A stretch of 64,000 nt of DNA from Ramlibacter sp. (GTDB taxonomy: Bacteria; Pseudomonadota; Gammaproteobacteria; Burkholderiales; Burkholderiaceae_C), in NCBI RefSeq assembly GCF_036676645.1, contig NZ_JAKFCM010000018.1, forward strand, positions 5,680-69,679, in the 5' to 3' direction. Shown here piece after piece: positions 8,885 to 18,648 of this stretch. The notes under the pieces are model-generated. The model did no database searches, was not told the origin of the DNA, and saw only the letters and a list, made by a program, of their open reading frames with translations. The position numbers were made by a program, and so were the translations under genes. The first letter of the stretch is position 1; each line of letters starts with the position of its first letter.

Positions 8885-10288
8885 ATGAGCGCCCTGACCG
8901 ATACGCAGGAAGCGGCAGCACGGGAGAACACGCCCGTGGGCGTCCCGATGCCGGTGGCGGACACCCAGCCGGCACGTCTTCCCGCCGCGGGCGGGAAGAC
9001 CGGCTACTACGAATTCAAGCCCTACAACGTCGGGCGCTGGATCATCTGGTCCCTGTTCGCGCTGCTGCTGCTGGTGGCGCCGCTGGTGTTCACCAGCTCG
9101 CTGGCGCACACCATGCTCAGCCAGATGGGCATCGCGATCATCGTGTGCCTCTCGTACAACATGCTGCTGGGGCAGGGCGGCATGCTCAGCTTCGGCCATG
9201 CGGTCCATTCCGGGCTCGGATCGTTCCTGGCGATCCACACCCTCAACCTGGTCTCGGCCGGCACGCTGCCGCTGCCCGTCAGCCTGGTGCCGGTGGCCGG
9301 CGGCCTGGCCGGACTGGCGTTCGCGCTGCTGCTGGGATGGGTGACGACCAAGAAGGCCGCGACGCCGTTCGCCATGATCACGCTGGGCATCGGCGAACTG
9401 GTGTGGGCCTCCTCGCTGATGTTCCCCGAGTTCTTCGGCGGCGAGGGTGGCATCTCGGGCAACCGGGTCACGGGTTCCAAGCCATTCGGCGTCACTTTCG
9501 GGCCGCAGATCCAGCTGTACTACCTGATCGCGATCTACACCTTCGTCTGCACCGCGGCCATGTACGCGTTCACGCGCACGCCGCTCGGCCGCATGATCAA
9601 CGCGGTGCGCGACAACCCCGAGCGCGTCGAGTTCGTCGGCTACAACACCCAGATGGTGCGCTTCCTGGTGTTCTGCATCTCGGCGTTCTTCGCCGGCATC
9701 TCGGGCGGGCTGGCGGCGCTCAACTTCGAGATCGTCACCTCGGAGGTGGTGAGCGGCCCGCGTTCCGGCGCCTACCTGCTGTTCACCTTCCTGGGCGGCG
9801 CGACCTTCTTCTTCGGGCCGATCATCGGCGCCGTGCTGATGGTGCTGGCCTTCGTGCTGCTGTCGGAGCTGACCAAGGCCTGGCTCCTGTACCTGGGCCT
9901 GGTGTTCCTGTTCATGGTGATGTACGCGCCGGGGGGCATCGCCAGCCTGATCATGATGAACGTGCGCGTGGCCGCCTTCGGCCGCCTGCGCGACCTGTGG
10001 GTCAGCTACCTCGCGCTGGCCGCCACGGCGCTGATCACGCTGCTGGGCGCGGCCGGCATGATCGAGATGGTCTACCACCTCAAGCTCAACCCGGCGCTCG
10101 GGCCGGAGCTGCAGTTCCTGGGCACCACCCTCAACGCCCACGGGGTGGACAGTTGGTTCGGCTGCGCCTTCGTGATGCTCAGCGGCCTGGGCCTGTTCGA
10201 GCTGACCCGCCGCCAGTTCGTGCGCCAGTGGGGCGAGATCCAGGAATACATCGAGAAGGAAACCAGGCGTCGGGAGAGCCAACCATGA
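8885..10288 (+). CDS. ABC transporter permease (LivM-type) with N-terminal extension
   Basis: 467 aa with multiple TM segments, lying between the LivH-type permease and the ATPase genes. Confidence 0.85.
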   Translation: MSALTDTQEAAARENTPVGVPMPVADTQPARLPAAGGKTGYYEFKPYNVGRWIIWSLFALLLLVAPLVFTSSLAHTMLSQMGIAIIVCLSYNMLLGQGGMLSFGHAVHSGLGSFLAIHTLNLVSAGTLPLPVSLVPVAGGLAGLAFALLLGWVTTKKAATPFAMITLGIGELVWASSLMFPEFFGGEGGISGNRVTGSKPFGVTFGPQIQLYYLIAIYTFVCTAAMYAFTRTPLGRMINAVRDNPERVEFVGYNTQMVRFLVFCISAFFAGISGGLAALNFEIVTSEVVSGPRSGAYLLFTFLGGATFFFGPIIGAVLMVLAFVLLSELTKAWLLYLGLVFLFMVMYAPGGIASLIMMNVRVAAFGRLRDLWVSYLALAATALITLLGAAGMIEMVYHLKLNPALGPELQFLGTTLNAHGVDSWFGCAFVMLSGLGLFELTRRQFVRQWGEIQEYIEKETRRRESQP

Positions 10289-11067
10289 CGGCGGAGTACG
10301 CCCTGGAACTGCGCGAGCTGCGCAAGAGCTTCGGCAAGACGGAAATCATCCGCGGCGCCAACCTGGCGGTGCGCCCGGGCGAGCGGGTGGCGGTGATCGG
10401 CCCGAACGGCGCCGGCAAGTCCACGCTGTTCAACCTGATCAGCGGCCGCTTCGAGCCCAGCAGCGGCCAGGTGCTGCTCAACGGCCAGCGCATCGATGGC
10501 AAGCGGCCCTACGAGATCAACCGGCTGGGCCTGTCGCGCAGCTTCCAGATCACCAACATCTTCCCCAAGCTCAGCGTCTTCGAGAACCTGCGCTGCGGCG
10601 TGCTGTGGAGCCTGGGCTACCGCTACACCTTCTTCAAGTTCCTCGCGGGCCTGGATGACGCCAACGAGCGTGCCGAGCAGTTGCTGGAAATGATCCACCT
10701 GGAGCGCAAGCGCGACGTGCTGGCCATGAACCTGACTTACGCCGAGCAGCGCGCCCTGGAGATCGGGGTGACGATCGGCGGCGGCGCCGGCGTCATCCTG
10801 CTGGACGAGCCCACCGCCGGCATGAGCAAGAGCGAAACACGGCGCTTCATCGAGCTGATCAAGGAAGTGACTGTCGGCAAGACGCTGCTGACCGTGGAAC
10901 ACGACATGGGCGTGGTGTTCGGCCTGGCCGACAAGATCGCCGTCGTGGTGTACGGCGAGGTGATCGCCTTCGACACCCCGGAGAAGGTGCGAGCCAATCA
11001 GCGGGTGCAGGAAGCCTACCTCGGCTCGCAGGTCGCGGACGCGCAGGTGGGCGCGGGGGCTCATTGA
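10285..11067 (+). CDS. ABC transporter ATP-binding protein (LivG-type)
   Basis: ATG 10285 overlaps the upstream stop (ATGA). Walker A GPNGAGKST, signature motif region, and Walker B ILLDEP. It lies in frame inside the longer artefactual ORF 9145..11067. Confidence 0.9.
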   Translation: MTAEYALELRELRKSFGKTEIIRGANLAVRPGERVAVIGPNGAGKSTLFNLISGRFEPSSGQVLLNGQRIDGKRPYEINRLGLSRSFQITNIFPKLSVFENLRCGVLWSLGYRYTFFKFLAGLDDANERAEQLLEMIHLERKRDVLAMNLTYAEQRALEIGVTIGGGAGVILLDEPTAGMSKSETRRFIELIKEVTVGKTLLTVEHDMGVVFGLADKIAVVVYGEVIAFDTPEKVRANQRVQEAYLGSQVADAQVGAGAH

Positions 11068-11762
11068 TGCTGAAGATCGAGAACCTGCATGCCTTCTACG
11101 GCAAGAGCCATGTGCTGCACGGCGTGCACTTCGACGTGCAGCCCGGCGAGATCGTGGCGCTGCTGGGTCGCAACGGCTCGGGCCGCTCGACCACGGCCAA
11201 AGCCATCATGGGTATGGTCGAGTGCACCGGCTCGGTGGACTGGAAGGGCCAGCCCACCCTGGGCCGCAAGCCCTACGAGATCGCCCACCTCGGCATCGGC
11301 TACGTGCCGGAAAACCGCGAGATCTTCCCCACGCTGACGGTGCACCAGAACCTGATGCTGGGACAGAAGCGCGCCGGCCAGAAGGGCCGCTGGTCGTTCG
11401 ACGACATGTACGGGATGTTCCCGCGCCTGAAGGAGCGCCAGCACACCGAGGCCGGCGTGCTGTCGGGCGGCGAGCAGCAGATGCTGACGCTGTGCCGCAC
11501 CCTGATGGGCGACCCGGACCTGATCATCATCGACGAGCCCACCGAAGGGCTGGCGCCCAAGATCGTCGAACTGGTCGGCGAGTACCTCAAAAAGCTCAAG
11601 GAGCGCGGCCTGTCCGTGCTGCTGATCGAGCAGAAGCTGACCATCGCGATGACCGTGTCCGACCGGGCACTGGTGATGGGGCATGGCAGCATCGTCTTTC
11701 AGGGCACGCCAGACAGCCTGCGGGCCGACGCCTACACTCGCAAGGAGTGGCTGGAAGTGTGA
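11064..11762 (+). CDS. ABC transporter ATP-binding protein (LivF-type)
   Basis: 232 aa with Walker A GRNGSGRST, signature LSGGEQQ and Walker B IIIDEP. Has a 4-nt overlap with the upstream gene. Confidence 0.9.
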   Translation: MMLKIENLHAFYGKSHVLHGVHFDVQPGEIVALLGRNGSGRSTTAKAIMGMVECTGSVDWKGQPTLGRKPYEIAHLGIGYVPENREIFPTLTVHQNLMLGQKRAGQKGRWSFDDMYGMFPRLKERQHTEAGVLSGGEQQMLTLCRTLMGDPDLIIIDEPTEGLAPKIVELVGEYLKKLKERGLSVLLIEQKLTIAMTVSDRALVMGHGSIVFQGTPDSLRADAYTRKEWLEV

Positions 11763-11763
11763 T

Positions 11764-11876
11764 CACGAAGAAATCGCTGCGCGATTCCTTCGTGGTTCTG
11801 ATCAGTTGATGAAGGACCGGCAAAGCCGGAGCCTTCATCAAAGGGTGTCCGCGCTGCATGCTGTTCCGCGCGGACA
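11764..11876 (+). terminator. Three consecutive hairpins after the ABC operon
   Basis: Hairpin 1 (11764-11794) has a 14-bp stem with one mismatch and a 3-nt loop. Hairpin 2 (11806-11841) is TTGATGAAGG..CCGGC-AAA-GCCGG..CCTTCATCAA. Hairpin 3 (11846-11876) is TGTCCGCGC-N13-GCGCGGACA. None has a strong U-tract. Confidence 0.4.
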
Positions 11877-11923
11877 GTTCGACCTTCGGTCGTGGTCGGA
11901 GTCCCAGCCGTGACAACGCGGCG

Positions 11924-11951
11924 TTGCAGCGCAGCAAGCCTTTCCTAGAAT
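11924..11951 (+). promoter_or_regulatory. Sigma70-like promoter TTGCAG-N16-TAGAAT for the beta-oxidation genes, followed by palindrome GAACG-AG-CGTTC (11962-11973)
   Basis: The hexamers and their 16-nt spacing were read directly. The palindrome sits between the -10 hexamer and the SD AGGAG (11986-11990). Confidence 0.4.
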
Positions 11952-11997
11952 CGCCCGAAGCGAACGAGCGTTCTTTTTCTTTCCAGGAGCACCGCAC

Positions 11998-14100
11998 ATG
12001 ACGGCTGAATACAAGGTGCACGGCGACGTGGCCGTGATCACGATGAACAACCCGCCGGTCAACGGGCTGGGGCTGGCCCTGCGGCAGGCGTTTGCCGCCG
12101 GGCTGGAGCAGGCCAATGCCGATCCGGCCGTCAAGGCCATCGTGGTCACGGGCGCCGACAAGGCCTTTTCGGGCGGCGCCGACATCAAGGAGTTCGGCTC
12201 GCCCAAGGCGATCGCCGAGCCCAACCTGCTGTCGCTGATCCTGGCGCTGGAGAACTCGGCCAAGCCCACGGTGGCGGCCCTGCACTCGGTGTGCATGGGG
12301 GGCGGCCTGGAGCTCTCGCTCGGCTGCCATTACCGCATCGCCGCCCCCGGCTGCAACGTGGCGCTGCCCGAGGTCAAGCTGGGCCTGATCCCCGGTGCCG
12401 GCGGCACGCAGCGCCTGCCGCGCGTGCTGGGCGTCGAAACCGCCCTGAACATGATCGTGTCGGGCGAGCCGGTCAAGAGCGAGCTGCTGGCCCAGCAGCC
12501 CGGCCAGAAGCTGTTCGACCGCATGGCGGCTTCGCCCGAGTCGCTGCTGGAGGAGGCGCTGGCCTTCGCGCGCGAAGTGGCCGGCAAGCGCCCGCTGCCG
12601 CGCGTGCGTGACCTGCCGTGCAAGCACCCGCGCGGCGACGCCTACTTCCAGTTCGCGCGCAACATGGTCAAGGGCATGGCCAGGAACTTCCCGGCGCCGG
12701 GCAAGTGCGTCGATGCGGTCGAAGCCGCCACGAAGAAGAAGTTCGACGACGGCATGCTGTTCGAGCGCGAGATCTTCCTCAACCTCATGCTCACGCCCGA
12801 GAGCCGCGCGCTGCGCCACATCTTCATGGCCGAGCGCGCCGCCTCCAAGATTCCCGACGTGCCGGAAGGCACGCCCAAGCGCGAGATCCAGTCGGTGGCC
12901 GTCATCGGTGCCGGCACCATGGGCGGCGGTATCTCCATGAACTTCCTGAACGCCGGCATCCCGGTGACCCTTCTCGAGATGAAGCAGGAAGCGCTGGACC
13001 GCGGCGTCGCCACCATCCGCAAGAACTACGAGGCCCAGGTCAAGAAGGGCAAGCTCAAGCAGGACAAGTACGAGCAGCGCATGGCCCTGCTCAAGACCAC
13101 GCTGTCCTACGAGGACATCAAGGGCGCCGACCTGGTGATCGAGGCGGTATTCGAGGAGCTGGGCGTCAAGCAGAAGGTGTTCGAGACGCTCGACAAGACC
13201 ATGAAGCCCGGCGCGATCCTGGCCTCCAACACCTCCACGCTGGACGTCAACAAGATCGCCGCCTTCACCAAGCGCCCGCAGGACGTGGTCGGCATGCACT
13301 TCTTCAGCCCGGCCAACGTGATGAAGCTGCTGGAGGTGGTGCGCGGCGACAAGACGGGCAAGGACGTGCTGGCCACCGTGATGGCGATCGCCAAGAAGAT
13401 CCGGAAGACCGCCGTGGTGTCCGGCGTCTGCGACGGCTTCATCGGCAACCGCATGATCGAGCAGTACAGCCGCCAGGCCGGCTTCCTGCTGGACGAGGGC
13501 GCCACCCCGCAGCAGGTGGACAAGGCCATCGAGAAGTTCGGCTTCGCCATGGGTCCGTTCCGCATGGGCGACCTGGCCGGCAACGACATCGGCTGGGCGA
13601 TCCGCAAGCGCCGCGCCGCCGAGCGGCCCGACATGAAGTACAGCCGCACCGCCGACAAGCTGTGCGAACTGGGCCGCTTCGGCCAGAAGACCGGCGCCGG
13701 CTGGTACGACTACCAGCCCGGCAAGCGCGACGCGATTCCTTCGAAGCTGGTCGAGGACATGGTCGCTGCGCACCGCAAGGAACTCGGCATCGAGCCGCGC
13801 AAGATCTCCGACGAGGAAATCGTGCAGCGCCTGGTGTTCTCGCTGGTCAACGAGGCCGCGCACATCCTGGAGGAGGGAATCGCCTCGCGTGCCAGCGACA
13901 TCGACATGGTGTACCTGACCGGCTACGGCTTCCCGATCCACCGTGGCGGCCCCATGCTGTATGCCGACCAGGTCGGCCTGTTCAACGTCATGCAGGCCAT
14001 GAAGCGCTTCCAGCGCAATCCGCGCGACGATGCCGCCTTCTGGGAGCCGGCGCCGCTGATCAGGAAGCTGGTGGCCGAAGGCAAGGGACTGACCGGCTGA
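11998..14100 (+). CDS. Bifunctional enoyl-CoA hydratase / 3-hydroxyacyl-CoA dehydrogenase (FadB/FadJ-like)
   Basis: 700 aa. Crotonase-fold N-terminus (FSGGADI, MGGGLELSL) and an NAD-binding GAGTMGGGI dehydrogenase C-terminal half. Confidence 0.9.
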   Translation: MTAEYKVHGDVAVITMNNPPVNGLGLALRQAFAAGLEQANADPAVKAIVVTGADKAFSGGADIKEFGSPKAIAEPNLLSLILALENSAKPTVAALHSVCMGGGLELSLGCHYRIAAPGCNVALPEVKLGLIPGAGGTQRLPRVLGVETALNMIVSGEPVKSELLAQQPGQKLFDRMAASPESLLEEALAFAREVAGKRPLPRVRDLPCKHPRGDAYFQFARNMVKGMARNFPAPGKCVDAVEAATKKKFDDGMLFEREIFLNLMLTPESRALRHIFMAERAASKIPDVPEGTPKREIQSVAVIGAGTMGGGISMNFLNAGIPVTLLEMKQEALDRGVATIRKNYEAQVKKGKLKQDKYEQRMALLKTTLSYEDIKGADLVIEAVFEELGVKQKVFETLDKTMKPGAILASNTSTLDVNKIAAFTKRPQDVVGMHFFSPANVMKLLEVVRGDKTGKDVLATVMAIAKKIRKTAVVSGVCDGFIGNRMIEQYSRQAGFLLDEGATPQQVDKAIEKFGFAMGPFRMGDLAGNDIGWAIRKRRAAERPDMKYSRTADKLCELGRFGQKTGAGWYDYQPGKRDAIPSKLVEDMVAAHRKELGIEPRKISDEEIVQRLVFSLVNEAAHILEEGIASRASDIDMVYLTGYGFPIHRGGPMLYADQVGLFNVMQAMKRFQRNPRDDAAFWEPAPLIRKLVAEGKGLTG

Positions 14101-14181
14101 CCGTCCGATGCTCAAGCGCGTCCTCGCAACCTCAACTCGCCGCGCCCTGACAACCGAAATCCCGCAAGAAAGGCAATCCCC

Positions 14182-15357
14182 ATGACCCAAGCCGTCATCG
14201 TCTCCACCGCCCGCACGCCCCTGACCAAGAGCTGGAAGGGCGCCTTCAACATGACGCACGGCGCCACGCTCGGCGGACACGTCGTCAGGCACGCGGTCCA
14301 GCGTGCCGGCATCGAGCCCGGCGCGGTCGAAGACGTGCTCATGGGCTGTGCCAATCCCGAAGGCGCCACCGGCTCCAACATCGCGCGCCAGATCGCGCTG
14401 ATGGCCGACCTGCCGATCACCGTCTCCGGCATGACCATCAACCGGTTCTGCTCCTCCGGCCTGCAGACCATCGCCATGGCCAGCCAGCGCGTGATCGCCG
14501 GCGAGGGCGAGGTGTACGTGGCCGGCGGGGTGGAAAGCATCTCGTGCGTGCAGCAGGAGATGAACCTGCACATGATCAAGGACCCGGACCTGGAGCAGAA
14601 GAAGCCCGAGATCTACTGGTCCATGCTGCAGACGGCCGAGCAGGTGGCCAAGCGCTACGGCATCGGCCGCGACGCGATGGACGAGTACGGCGCCGCCAGC
14701 CAGCAGAAGGCCTGCGCCGCCCAGGCCGCCGGCAAGTTCGAGGACGAGATCGCGCCCATCACCGTCAAGGCCGGCGTGGCCGACCCGGTGATGGGGCTGC
14801 GCACCAAGGAGGTCACCGTCAGCAAGGACGAGGGCCTGCGCGAGGGCACGACCAAGGAAGGCATCAGCGGCATCAAGCCGGCGCTGCCCGGCGGCGTGAT
14901 CGCGGCCGGCAACGCCAGCCAGTTCTCCGACGGTGCCGGCGCCTGCGTGGTGGTCAGCGAGGGCTATGCATCCAAGCACAACCTCAAGCCGATCGGCCGC
15001 TTCCTCGGCTTTGCCGTGGCCGGCTGCGAGCCCGACGAAATGGGCATCGGCCCGGTGTTCGCCGTACCCAAGGTCCTGCACAAGCTCGGACTGAAGGTCG
15101 GCGACATCGACCTGTGGGAGCTGAACGAAGCCTTTGCGGTGCAGGTGCTGTATTGCCGCGACAAGCTGGGCATCCCGGCCGACCGGCTGAACGTGAACGG
15201 CGGCGCCATTGCGGTGGGCCACCCCTACGGCGTGTCGGGGCAGCGCCTGACCGGCCACGCGCTGATCGAGGGCAAGCGGCGCGGCGCCAGGCGCGTCTGC
15301 GTGACCATGTGCATCGGCGGCGGCATGGGGGCCGCGGGGGTGTTCGAGGTGCTTTGA
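14182..15357 (+). CDS. Acetyl-CoA C-acyltransferase (thiolase, FadA-like)
   Basis: 391 aa with thiolase motifs NRFCSSGLQ (active Cys), [12 protein letters not shown] and CIGGGMG. Confidence 0.9.
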   Translation: MTQAVIVSTARTPLTKSWKGAFNMTHGATLGGHVVRHAVQRAGIEPGAVEDVLMGCANPEGATGSNIARQIALMADLPITVSGMTINRFCSSGLQTIAMASQRVIAGEGEVYVAGGVESISCVQQEMNLHMIKDPDLEQKKPEIYWSMLQTAEQVAKRYGIGRDAMDEYGAASQQKACAAQAAGKFEDEIAPITVKAGVADPVMGLRTKEVTVSKDEGLREGTTKEGISGIKPALPGGVIAAGNASQFSDGAGACVVVSEGYASKHNLKPIGRFLGFAVAGCEPDEMGIGPVFAVPKVLHKLGLKVGDIDLWELNEAFAVQVLYCRDKLGIPADRLNVNGGAIAVGHPYGVSGQRLTGHALIEGKRRGARRVCVTMCIGGGMGAAGVFEVL

Positions 15358-15399
15358 AAGAGCCAGTCATGGCGGGGCTCGACGGGACCCCAGGGGCAT

Positions 15400-15500
15400 G
15401 TCATTGCGGGCTTGACCTGCAATCCACCTCCAGGACACGAAACGACGCACCGCTGCAGGCTGGCACCTGGGGATGGAACCCGGCTTGCGCCGGGATGACA
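15400..15500. repeat. Inverted pair of REP-like palindromic units (GTCAT..hairpin..TCCA)
   Basis: Unit A (15400-15427) is GTCATTGCGGGCTTGACCTGCAATCCA. Unit B (15471-15500), reverse-complemented, is GTCATCCCGGCGCAAGCCGGGTTCCATCC. Both have an internal hairpin and they sit in opposite orientation in a 180-bp intergenic gap. Confidence 0.55.
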
Positions 15501-15536
15501 CCCAGCACGGTGACATGCAACAGGGCTTGATCCGCG

Positions 15537-17369
15537 ATGTCCTCCCTTCGTCCCACCCTCGACTTCCTCCTCTACGACTGGCTGGAGGTCGACCAGCTCG
15601 CCGGGCGCGGGCGCTTCGCCGACCACTCGCGCGAGACCTTCGACGCCGTGCTGGACACCTGCGAGCGGATCGCGCGCGAGAAATACGCGCCGTTCAACCG
15701 GCTGGTCGACACCGAGGAGCCGCGCTTCGACGGTGAGAAGGTGATCCTGCCGCAGGCGACCCAGGACGCCTGGGATGCCTATGCGGGCTCCGGCATGCTC
15801 AGTGCCGCGCAGGACTACGCCATCGGCGGCATGCAGTTGCCCTACACGGTCGAGGCCGCGGCCGGTGCCTTCTTCGCCACCGCCTCGGTCAGCATCGGCG
15901 CGGGCCTGCTGACGGTGGGCAATGCCAACCTGCTGATGGCGCACGGCACGGACCTGCAGAAGCAGGTGTTCGCGGCCAACGAATTCGGCGGCCGCTTCTC
16001 GGGAACCATGTGCCTGTCCGAGCCGCAGGCCGGCTCGTCCCTGTCCGACGTGGCCACGCGGGCCGTGCCCGACGGCGCCGGTTTCGAGGCCGACCCGCTC
16101 GGGCCGCGCTACCGCCTGAGCGGCAACAAGATGTGGATCTCGGCCGGCGAACACGAGCTCACAGAGAACATCGTCCACCTGGTGCTGGCCAAGATCCCCG
16201 GCCCGGACGGCAAGCTGGTGCCCGGCACGCGCGGCATGTCGCTGTTCATCGTGCCCAAGAAGCTGGTGGACACGCAGGGCCGGCTCACCGGCGAGCGCAA
16301 CGACGTCGCCCTGGCCGGCCTCAATCACAAGCTGGGCTGGCGCGGTACCACCAACACGTTGCTGAATTTCGGCGAGGGCAAGTACCCGGTGCGGGGCGGC
16401 GCCGGTGCCATCGGCTACCTCGTCGGCAAGCCTGGCGAGGGCCTGCGCTGCATGTTCCACATGATGAACGAAGCGCGCATCGGCATCGGGATGGCGGCCA
16501 CCGCGCTGGGCCTGGCCGGCTACTACGCCTCGCTCGACTACGCGAAGAACCGACCGCAAGGCCGCCCGGTCGGGCCGGCGGGCAAGGACCCCGCGCAGCC
16601 GCAGGTGCGCATCATCGAGCACGCCGACATCAAGCGCATGCTGCTGGCGCAGAAGTCGTACGCCGAGGGTGCGCTCGCGCTGATGCTGTACTGCGCGCGC
16701 CTGGTCGACGAGCAGCACACCGGGCCGCAGGACGCGGCCGACGAGGCCCGGTTGCTGCTCGAAGTGCTGACCCCCATCGCCAAGAGCTGGCCGAGCGAGT
16801 TCTGCCTGGAAGGCAATTCGCTGGCCATCCAGGTCCATGGCGGCTACGGCTACACGCGCGACTTCCCGGTCGAGCAGTACTGGCGCGACCAGCGCCTGAA
16901 CATGATCCACGAGGGCACGCACGGCATCCAGGCCGCCGACCTGCTGGGCCGCAAGGTGGTGATGGAGGGCGGGCGCGGGCTGCAGCTGCTGGCCGGGCGC
17001 ATGACCAGCACCATCGAAGCCGCGCTGCACCGGGCCGACCTGGCGGCGCATGGCAACGAGCTGGCCCGCGCCCTGGAGCACATCGGCGACGCGACACGGG
17101 CCGCCTGGGCCGCCGGCGACCCCGCCATGGCGCTGGCCAACGCCGTGCCCTACATGCAGGCCTTCGGCCACCTCGTGATCGCCTGGACCTGGCTGGACGT
17201 CTTGCTCAGCGTGCCGGCCGAGGCGGGCGCCCGCAGCGCCGCCGAAACCGGGCGCGTGCACGCCGCGCGATACTTCTTCCACTACGAACTGCCGAAGATC
17301 GGCGCGTGGCTGCGGGTGGTCGAGACGCGCGACCCCACCTGCGCCCACATGCCGGAAGAGGCGTTCTGA
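15537..17369 (+). CDS. Large acyl-CoA dehydrogenase (about 600-aa FadE/AidB-like class)
   Basis: 610 aa with ACAD N/M/C domain pattern (MCLSEPQAGSSLSD, GLNHKLGWRGT, HGGYGYTRDFPVEQYWRDQR). Confidence 0.85.
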   Translation: MSSLRPTLDFLLYDWLEVDQLAGRGRFADHSRETFDAVLDTCERIAREKYAPFNRLVDTEEPRFDGEKVILPQATQDAWDAYAGSGMLSAAQDYAIGGMQLPYTVEAAAGAFFATASVSIGAGLLTVGNANLLMAHGTDLQKQVFAANEFGGRFSGTMCLSEPQAGSSLSDVATRAVPDGAGFEADPLGPRYRLSGNKMWISAGEHELTENIVHLVLAKIPGPDGKLVPGTRGMSLFIVPKKLVDTQGRLTGERNDVALAGLNHKLGWRGTTNTLLNFGEGKYPVRGGAGAIGYLVGKPGEGLRCMFHMMNEARIGIGMAATALGLAGYYASLDYAKNRPQGRPVGPAGKDPAQPQVRIIEHADIKRMLLAQKSYAEGALALMLYCARLVDEQHTGPQDAADEARLLLEVLTPIAKSWPSEFCLEGNSLAIQVHGGYGYTRDFPVEQYWRDQRLNMIHEGTHGIQAADLLGRKVVMEGGRGLQLLAGRMTSTIEAALHRADLAAHGNELARALEHIGDATRAAWAAGDPAMALANAVPYMQAFGHLVIAWTWLDVLLSVPAEAGARSAAETGRVHAARYFFHYELPKIGAWLRVVETRDPTCAHMPEEAF

Positions 17370-17405
17370 TCCTGCACCCAAGAAATCCCAACGGAAGCGC
17401 GAACC

Positions 17406-18197
17406 ATGACCCGTAAAGTCCAGCAACTCTTCGACCTCACCGGAAAGACCGCCCTCGTCACCGGCGGCTCGCGCGGCCTCGGCCTGCAACTGGCGCATGC
17501 GCTCGGCGAGGCCGGCGCGAAGATCATGCTGACTTCGCGCAAGGCTTCCGACCTGGAGGAGGCGGCGGCCGAGCTGCAGGCGGCGGGCATCGATGCCCGC
17601 TGGATCGCCGCCGACGCCTCGCGCGAGGAGGACATCCGCCGCATGGCCGAGGAGACGCTGCAGCGCATGGGCGACATCCACGTCCTGGTCAACAACGCCG
17701 GCGCCGCCTGGGGCGCGCCGGCCGAAGACCACCCGGTGGAAGCCTGGGACAAGCTGATGAACCTGAACGTGCGCGGCTATTTCATCCTCAGCCAGCACGT
17801 CGCCAAGAAGAGCATGATTCCGGGCAAGGGCGGCCGCATCATCAACATCGCCTCGATCGCCGGCCTGGGCGGCAACCCGCCGGAGATGCAGACCCTGGCC
17901 TACAACACCTCCAAGGGCGCGGTCATCAACTTCACGCGCGCGCTGGCCTGCGAGTGGGGCCGGTACGGCATCAACGTCAACGCGATCTGCCCCGGCTTCT
18001 TCCCCAGCAAGATGACGCGCGGCACGCTGGAACGGCTGGGCGAGGACCAGCTCGCGGCGCATGCCCCGCTGCGCCGGCTGGGCGACGACGAGGACCTCAA
18101 GGGCACCTGCGTGCTGTTCGCCTCCGATGCCGGCAAGCACATCACCGGCCAGTGGCTCGCCGTCGACGGCGGCGTCAGCGTCGTCACAGGCGGTTGA
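17406..18197 (+). CDS. SDR-family oxidoreductase
   Basis: 263 aa with TGGSRGLG cofactor motif, NNAG, and catalytic YNTSK. Confidence 0.85.
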   Translation: MTRKVQQLFDLTGKTALVTGGSRGLGLQLAHALGEAGAKIMLTSRKASDLEEAAAELQAAGIDARWIAADASREEDIRRMAEETLQRMGDIHVLVNNAGAAWGAPAEDHPVEAWDKLMNLNVRGYFILSQHVAKKSMIPGKGGRIINIASIAGLGGNPPEMQTLAYNTSKGAVINFTRALACEWGRYGINVNAICPGFFPSKMTRGTLERLGEDQLAAHAPLRRLGDDEDLKGTCVLFASDAGKHITGQWLAVDGGVSVVTGG

Positions 18198-18200
18198 CCG

Positions 18201-18632
18201 ATGCCCGATTTCGGCGCCGTCATCCCCTTCGTCCACCACATGGGCTTCGAGCTGGAGCGGATGGAAGGTGGCGAGTCGCAGATCGCGTATGCGGCCAGGC
18301 CCGAGCACCTCAACTCCTTCGGCGTCACCCACGGCGGCGCCGTGATGACGCTGATGGACGTGGCCATGGCCGTGGCCGCGCGCAGCATCGAGAAGGACAT
18401 GGGCGTGGTCACCATCGAGATGAAGACCACCTTCATGCAGCCCTCGCGCGGGCCGCTGCGCGCCCGGGGCAGGCTGATGCACCGCACCGCCACGATGGCT
18501 TTCTGCGAAGCCACCCTCAGCGACGAAGCCGGCCAGGCCTGTGCGCACGCCACCGGCACCTTCAAGTACGTTCCACGCCTGCCGGTCGGCCGCAAGGGCA
18601 CGCAGGCCTTCAACGTGATATCCACAGACTGA
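18201..18632 (+). CDS. PaaI-family (hotdog-fold) thioesterase
   Basis: 143 aa. The pattern NSFGVTHGGAVMTLMD is typical of PaaI/4HBT class II thioesterases. Confidence 0.75.
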   Translation: MPDFGAVIPFVHHMGFELERMEGGESQIAYAARPEHLNSFGVTHGGAVMTLMDVAMAVAARSIEKDMGVVTIEMKTTFMQPSRGPLRARGRLMHRTATMAFCEATLSDEAGQACAHATGTFKYVPRLPVGRKGTQAFNVISTD

Positions 18633-18648
18633 AACCGAGGACACGCCC

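Noticed and set aside
9145-10284. Long 5' extensions of genuine genes in the ORF track: 9145..11067, 19203..20714, 19877..22579, 23367..26240, 30164..32773, 33145..35382, 33497..34741, 35010..36374, 37119..38246, 38771..40150, 38950..41352, 41513..43582, 51085..53394 and 61760..62593.
   Set aside because: The extensions overlap the preceding well-supported genes in another frame and translate to Arg/Pro/Gly-rich nonsense. Internal starts with SD sequences or stop-start overlaps give proteins of canonical length.
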